A stretch of DNA of 64,000 bases from the human T2T-CHM13v2.0 reference genome, Homo sapiens, in assembly GCF_009914755.1 (NCBI RefSeq), contig NC_060926.1; one strand, written 5' to 3'. Shown piece after piece: positions 56,811 to 64,000 of the stretch. The first letter of the stretch is position 1. Each line of letters starts with the position of its first letter. The notes under the pieces were generated by a model. That model worked only from the letters and a program-made list of their open reading frames with translations, ran no database searches and was not told the origin of the DNA. Both the position numbers and the translations under genes were made by a program.

Positions 56811-59697
56811 AATATAATTATCATAAAAGCAAAGTTCCCCACATCAAGATGTATCGCAAATATAGAAGCATTGCCTCATTTATTTAAAATTATATGAAAC
56901 CAGAATTTAATATACTCAAGAATTCATGATTGATACCCAATAATAGATGGCTATCAGGCAGTCTAGGCCATTCTGGAACAGCAGAATATAAATATGATAA
57001 ACTCACCAAGAACAATGGGTGTCTTTAATCTTCACTGCTGTGTCCTAGGCAAAGCTCTAGATGCTTAGAGTACATACATCTGTTAGACAGAAATATTCTC
57101 CTTCTTGGGGCCTATAGTCTAGTGGAAAATGAACACACAAAAGGGAAGATGAAGACATGCCCTGAGGCTGGTGTTGCAGGTTCTTCCCGAGGATGCTCTT
57201 GTGTTGAAACCTCCCCTCACATAAGACCAGTCCATTGAGGACTGTTTCACAGCATTTCTGTGCCATGTCATTGCTTTTTCCTGTATACAGTGGTGTAGAT
57301 TTTATTCGTATTTCCTGCCTTCCTTCTTCCTCACAAAGTTTGATATCACTGCTACCACCACAGCTCAGCCACTTCAGAAAAGCCTCTAATTTGCCTTTAT
57401 CCTCTTCTACTTCAGTGGTTCTGTTGTTGCTATTAATAGTGATGGCCACCATTACCTGGTTTATTTTTGTGCTAAGTGATTTTCTATTATTTATTCAATT
57501 CTATTTTCTCAATTACTTTGTTAAGTTGGCATTATAATTTTTATTTAACAGTGAAAAAACAGAAACAGAGGAAAGAACACACAGAGAGTAAAAACCAGGC
57601 TTGGCACTTTTACTGTGATCTGTCAGATCCAACAGTACACTCTATATCCTAGAATGTATAAAGAAATATTACTATTTCTAGACAAAGTGTTTTACCTCAG
57701 TTAAAGAGGACATGGTTTTTAAGAAGATATTCTTAAACATGCATTTTTATTAATGCACTCTATTTACAGAAAAATAAGTGCAAAACTGGATGAACTTCTA
57801 CAAGATGAATACCACCATCACCGCCATAACCACCATAACCAACATTCAGATGAAGAAAAATAATATTATCAGTACTCAAGAGCGCCATCATGCTTTATTC
57901 TATGGGTAGCTGCCATCCTGAGAAAGAAGAATGTTAAGTAATTTTGGCAACTGAGGCAAGCTAGTGTTGTGAGGGGCTCAGATCAATAAGGCTTTTCCTA
58001 GATTTCATAGTGCAGGCAGGACCTGGTGCTCATCCACTCCATAGGGCAGTCCTCGGCAAAGCAGTTGGCATGGGATCCATTGCAAAATCCACAGAGCGTA
58101 GAATTAACAAAGGCAACTTTTAAGGATGACAATTGGAGAATTTGCAAACCGCATAATGACCAAGTCAAATGGAACCTGGCTGTGGGGCCATAGTTGAATT
58201 TTTGCATGTTGTGATGTGTTTCCTGTCCTCTACCAACATGTCATAAAACCCATGCTACCACCCAAGGCCAGAATCCCACAAAATGTAGACAATTTTGCCA
58301 CACAGAGTAGCATGTTCTACCCTGGGAAGTGTTTACTGTGTGCAGAATCAGAATCAGTGCTGGGATAGGTAAATGTTTCCTAATAAAGAGCAGCATTATT
58401 ACTAGGAAAGAGCCTGGAAACTCTGCAGAGAAATTTTTAGGAAACCACAAAGTATTCTCAACAGGGAATATTTTAAAATGAAAGTATTAGTTGGATGCAT
58501 GTTTTTTACTTTTCTTTTTTTTCTTTTTATTTGTCAAGCTGCACTCCATTTATAACTGCTTGTGCTTTGATTCAATTAAGTTTGACAAGATTAATGTCTT
58601 TGGGGTTCAGAGAGGCCGAGTTGTGACTACATACTGCAGCTGGGGCATAAAATATAAAGATTGCTAATAAAAAGCCAGGGCTTAGAGAAAAATGTCATTC
58701 CATGTCAATGCTTTCAGGTTAGGTTGGGAAACAGCAATGATCTTGTTTACATGACTTTGTATCTGTGTTCATAGTGATAGCATGAAAAAGAGACTGACAG
58801 AGAGAGAGAGGAAGAGAGAGATACACACATTGTACTCAAAGACAGAGAGACGGTACAGGATCACATGAATAAGTCTTTAGAGTATGCATATTATACTCTA
58901 GGCCATATGGCATAACCTGAGATTAAAATGGTCCTTTCAAACTAACGGTGGGGAACACAGCAAAACAAATATGTTTTCTATACAATATATCATCTATTCT
59001 GGGAGGTGATGGTACATGGTGAAGCAAGAAATGCACCTAAAATAGTCTTTCAGGTGAAGAAGAGGTAGGACACCATTCCAGACAGATGCTGCAGCCTAAG
59101 CAAGGGATCCAAGCTAAAAGTAAATAAATAAATAAAGAAAACCAAATGCGTGCGCGCACACACACACTACATTCAAGAAACTCCACATAAAGTAGTGAAT
59201 GTACCTCACAAAAGCCTTAAAGACTGCTTGCCAGGTCAAGGGACTTCGGATTATCTCAGAGGTTCTGAAGGCCACCATGGTGAGATTTGAGCATTTGTGC
59301 TCTAATAAAGTATCTGGCAAGAGTGTAGAGATAGAGATTGAGGGAATCAATATTTGAGGCAGAGATTAAAGGGTGACCACATCTTAGGCACTGAGTAAAT
59401 CAGTGGTTTGGAACAGTTTTGCAGTGAAGGGGCCTATTACAAAAATTTAAAATCAATATTTATATGTTTATCAGTCACCAAGTGTTTTCCAAACATATTC
59501 GACCAAATAAATATTTGTGTGTATTTCTGTGTATGTATTTTCTAGGTAACATATAGTAGCACAATTCTTCAGAAAGACTTCAGGAATTCTGATATATTAG
59601 AGAACTAGAGGTCAAGCTTAAAAGACACCATGGAGTTGAATTTATTGCAGAGGGAAATTCATCTTACCGCCGGAAGCATAGTTAAAAACTATATGCT

Positions 59698-60232
59698 GGG
59701 ATTCTGGGAAGATGGCAGTGTGGGAAGCACCAGAATTGTGTCTTTCCATCTAGATAGCAACTGCATAGGGCAGAACCTGTCTTAAGTAACTATTGCATTT
59801 TGGGACTCTCAAATTTACTAAAGGCTTGCAACCTCCAAAGGAAAGCTTGGAAGGTAAATTGTGGTTAATTTGGGGCACTTTCAGCTTTTAGCACACTGGC
59901 AGCTACCCATCCTCTATTCCCAGCCCCATGGTAGGCAGCTGTGTGCACGTTCCTGGAGCAGGCTGCACACGGCTTGTGGGAGGCAGGTGATCAAAAAGAA
60001 CCCCACCCTTAAAATTTCAGAATCTGTGCTATAATCACTGATCACAGAGGTGCAAAGAGGCAGGCAGCCACAGTTATTGCAACTCCCCCATTCTTACAAG
60101 CTCTTCCCTCTGTGGTTGAATAGACCTCCAGGGAATTTAAAGGGCAAGCATTCTTTATCCCTTACTTTAATTTTTCTATTTTTCCTCATCTAGGATCCAG
60201 ACATCAAAGACTGCAAAATTCAAAAGCAACTG
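59698..60232 (+). mobile_element. 5'UTR start of an old L1M
   Basis: ggattctgggAAGATGGCagtgtgggaagcaccagaa, an L1M-type 5' terminus with YY1-like core. Confidence 0.7.
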
Positions 60233-60244
60233 TTTGGTTTTGTG

Positions 60245-63200
60245 GAGGGGCTTTAAGATGGCAGATGTGAACTGCCCAGCACTCACCTCCTCCATAAAGA
60301 AGTACCAAAGGAGTACATAAATAACCACACATCAAATAGAGCTTCTAAGAGAAAACTGACATTCAGCAGGGAAGTGGCAAGGAACTTTTGAATCACTGAA
60401 GGAGATGGAAGCAAAGTAGCTGACCTGGCCAGGACCAGATTAAGGCCAAGAGGAATTCTCCAACGTGGTGAAAAGGTAAGTAAGAGATCCCCAGTGGTCT
60501 ACATGTCCATGTGGACTCCTACAATCCTAGCCACAGTAGAGCTTTTCAGTCCTTGTGGGCCCTGAGGCTAGTATAGGCAGCAGCCTGGGGACCATGCAAT
60601 GGCATTGTTCTAAAGAGGAAGTTTGTACTGGGGTTCCACACAACCCCTGAGACCTAAGCATCTGTGGCATTGTACTATTTTGAAATTGCATCCCCACTAG
60701 AATATGTTTTGCCATGGGGCCCAGCAGACCCTGCATCTTCACATTCCTGGAGCCTCAGTGACATCCCCCAGAGCCCGACTGTTTACCCGCAGGACTGCAG
60801 CATCATAATTCCAACTGAACCCAATGATGTAGCCATGTCGCCAGGACCCTAGCCTACACAGTGTTCTACACCCAAGGGAATGAGCAATGCAGTGCACAAG
60901 TAAGACTGCCCCCAGAACAAAGGGAGCTGAAGAATGTGCTCACTTGAGCCTCAGAACCATCTGCCCAGGGCTGCTGCCACAGACAGCAACCCTGCCCCCT
61001 TCAGCAGCAAGGTCTCTAGGGCCTGGTGACTGGTCCACTCTAGCACCATTTTGGGTTCTGAGAAGAGGTCTTTCCTGCCTACTACTGCAAGCACCTGTGC
61101 ACACCATATGAAGACCTGAGGACAAGTCCATGCCACTTGACACCACAGTCACCAGTGCTTACATACATCATACTGGGGCCTGGAAATCGAGTCACTTTGT
61201 CTACCACTTCCATTACACATGCACACCTTCCAGGGACCTATGGAAAAGCTTATTTCACCTGCAGTTGTTGTCCATGTGTATTGTCTGAGGGTCTGGAGAT
61301 AAGCCTGCCTTGCCCATTACCACTGACACATGAGCAAACCTAGGAGGATAAGGACAGTCTCACCCTGACTGTCACTGATGCCTATAGGTGCCATCCAGAC
61401 ATGATAATCAGTCTTCCCATTCTGCTGCTGCCAAGCTGGCACTTGTACATGCTGCACAGGGGCCCAAGGCTGAGCCTGCTGCCACGACTAACACTGCTAA
61501 GGCCATGCATGCTACCCAGGGGAACAGAGATTCACCTACCTGGCCTACCATCACTACAACTGGTGCCCATGGAATGACCTAAACTGTGTCACTGTACCCA
61601 GCAAAAACCTTGCCACAGCCTCCACTAGCACTGCATCCTATCCATTGAGCAACTCACAGACAACACGGATGTTAATGACAGCTGAACAAATCATATAGAG
61701 GCTACACTATTGAACCCACTAGAATCAAAGCAAAAGCATCCTACCCAACCAACACTATAGGATACAACCATAGGAAACAGTATTTCCCTGAGAAAGCTAA
61801 TCCAAAAAACGGGAAGAAGCCACTGCAACAACAAATGTACAGTTAGAAACGTGAGGACATAAGAAACATAAAAAAGGAAGGAAACATGAAAACTCCAAAG
61901 ACACATGGTAATTCCACAAAAATAGATCCCAAAGAAAAAAATATATATAAGATGGCTGCAAAAGAATTCAAAATAATAATATTTAAGAAAATTTAGTGAA
62001 ACTCAAGACAACAAGTAAACAATTCAAAAATTAGGAAAACAATTCATGATCTGAATGGAAATTTAATGAAGTATTAGATATCATTAAAAAAAAACTAAAA
62101 AGAAAACCTGGAAATAAAAAATAACATAAATGAAATAAAGCATATACTAGAAAGTCTCAATAGTAGAGTAGACAAAATAGAAGAAGTAATTTCTGAACTG
62201 ACAACAGGTCTTTTGAAACGACCCATTTAGAGGAACAAAAAAAAAATGAAGAAGAGAATAGCCTACATAAAAAATGAAGCACTATAAAATAACCAAATTC
62301 CCAAATTTTATCCTTCAGAGGAAGAGATTAGAAAAGACATAGAAATCCTATTTAAAAAATAGCTGAAAGTGTGCCAAGTCTTGAAAGATATACAGACATT
62401 TAGATAAAGTTTGAAAATACACAGATATATTCAACTAACAAAGGACTCCAGCAAGGCATTTATACTCAAAGTGTTGTAAGTCTAAGACAAAGAGAGAATT
62501 CTAAAAACAGCAAGAGAAAGCATCAAATTTTGTATGGGGAAATTTCCATTAGACTAGCAGTGGATTACTCATATAAACCCTACAGGCTAGAATAAAAAGG
62601 AAAATATATTTAAAGTGCTAAGAGGAAAAAATAAAAACCTGTCAGCAGAGTTATCCTTCCAAAATGAAGGAGAAATAAAGCTTTTCTCAGCCAAGCAAAA
62701 ACTGAAGGAATTCATCATGACTAGATGGGCCCTACAAGAAATACTTAAGAGGGACCTACTTGTGGAAGTGGAAGGCTGACATCTACCATCATTAAATCAC
62801 ATAGAAGTATATAATTCACTAGTACAGCAGGCACACAAGTGAAAAAGGATAGGAGTCAAATGAAATTACAACAAAAAACTTTACCAAATTATAAAGGTAA
62901 ATAAAAAAGGAAGAGAAGAAAAGAAATATATAAAACAATAAAAAAACTAGTAACAAAATGGCAGGTGTAAGTCCTCACCTATTAATAATAACATTAATTA
63001 TAAATATTTTTAATTCCCCAACTAAACAATATAGACTGGATGAATGAATTAAAAATATAAGATCCAACTATATGCTGCCAACTGAAAACTCACTTTACCA
63101 GTAAAGACACAGATAGACTGAAAGAAGTGAAGAAAAAAAAAAATCCATGCAAGTGGAAACCAGAAGTATGCAGGCATAGCTATACTTGGATAGAATGTAA

Positions 63201-64000
63201 TTTAAATAAAATAATATTAATAATAAAATGACAAAGGTTATATTACAACTATAAAGGGGCCATTTCAGCAAAAAGATATAACAATTGTAAATATATATGC
63301 AACCAAAATAAGAGCACCAGATGTATAAACTAAATATTACTGTAGCTAAAGAGAAAGATAGAACCCAATACAATAATAGCTGAAAACATCAACACCCCAA
63401 TTCAGCATTGGACAGATCATGTAGACGAAATCAACAAAGAAACATTGGGTTTAATCTGCATTACAGAACAAGTTGACCTAATAGGCATTTACAGACTATT
63501 TCTTCCAATAGTTACAACATACACATTTGTCTCATCAGTACATGAAACATTCTCTAGAATAAGCCACATGTTAAGCCACAGAACAAAACTCAACACGCTC
63601 AACAAAGTAAAAATAATATCAAGTATCTTCTTAGACAACAATAAAATAAAGTTAAAAACTAATACCAAGAGGAACTTTTGAAACTGTATAAAGACATGGA
63701 AATTAAACAACATGCTCCTGAATGGCAATTGGATCAATAAAGAAATTACGAAGATAAATTTTAAAAATATTGAAACAAATTAAAATGAAACTACAACCTA
63801 CAGGATCTAGCAAAAGCACTGCTAAGGTGCAAATATATTACAAGGAAGCCTACGTCAAAAAAATAAAAAGTTCTCAAATAAACAAGCTAATAATGCACCT
63901 CAACAAACTAGAACAGCAAGAACAAACCAAACCCATAATTAGTAGAAGGAAAGAAAAAAAAATAGTTATCAGAGCAAAACTAAATGAAATCGAGACTTAA
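60245..64000 (+). mobile_element. Long L1 (L1M1/2; L1MA/PB age): 5'UTR, decayed ORF1 (about 61850-62770) and ORF2 from about 62958, running off the window end
   Basis: 5' end gggctttAAGATGGC; ORF2 start MAGVSPHLLIITL; EN remnants DLIGIYR...SSVHETFSRISHML. Confidence 0.88.

Overview
AT-rich, CpG-depleted primate (human-like) genomic DNA made largely of interspersed repeats. These include L1 of many ages (L1PA, L1MA, L1MC and older L1M), eight Alus (AluS and AluY types), L2, MIR, the DNA transposons Tigger1, MER45A and MER58A, four solo LTRs (MLT1A, THE1, MER52, LTR8) and microsatellites. I can support no host protein-coding exon, RNA gene or CRISPR array; the ORF track is explained by repeats or chance. 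I found no convincing new biological system. The best leads are: (1) a tail-less internal fragment of a young L1 lying 6 bp outside the TSD of a second, oppositely oriented young L1; (2) a candidate non-coding + strand exon at 10025-10112; (3) a cluster of palindromic motifs near 16.8 kb; (4) a young L1 with no TSD; (5) two stacked L1 5' ends at 59.7-60.3 kb. Repeat subfamilies are called from recalled consensus sequences, and boundaries of old elements are approximate.
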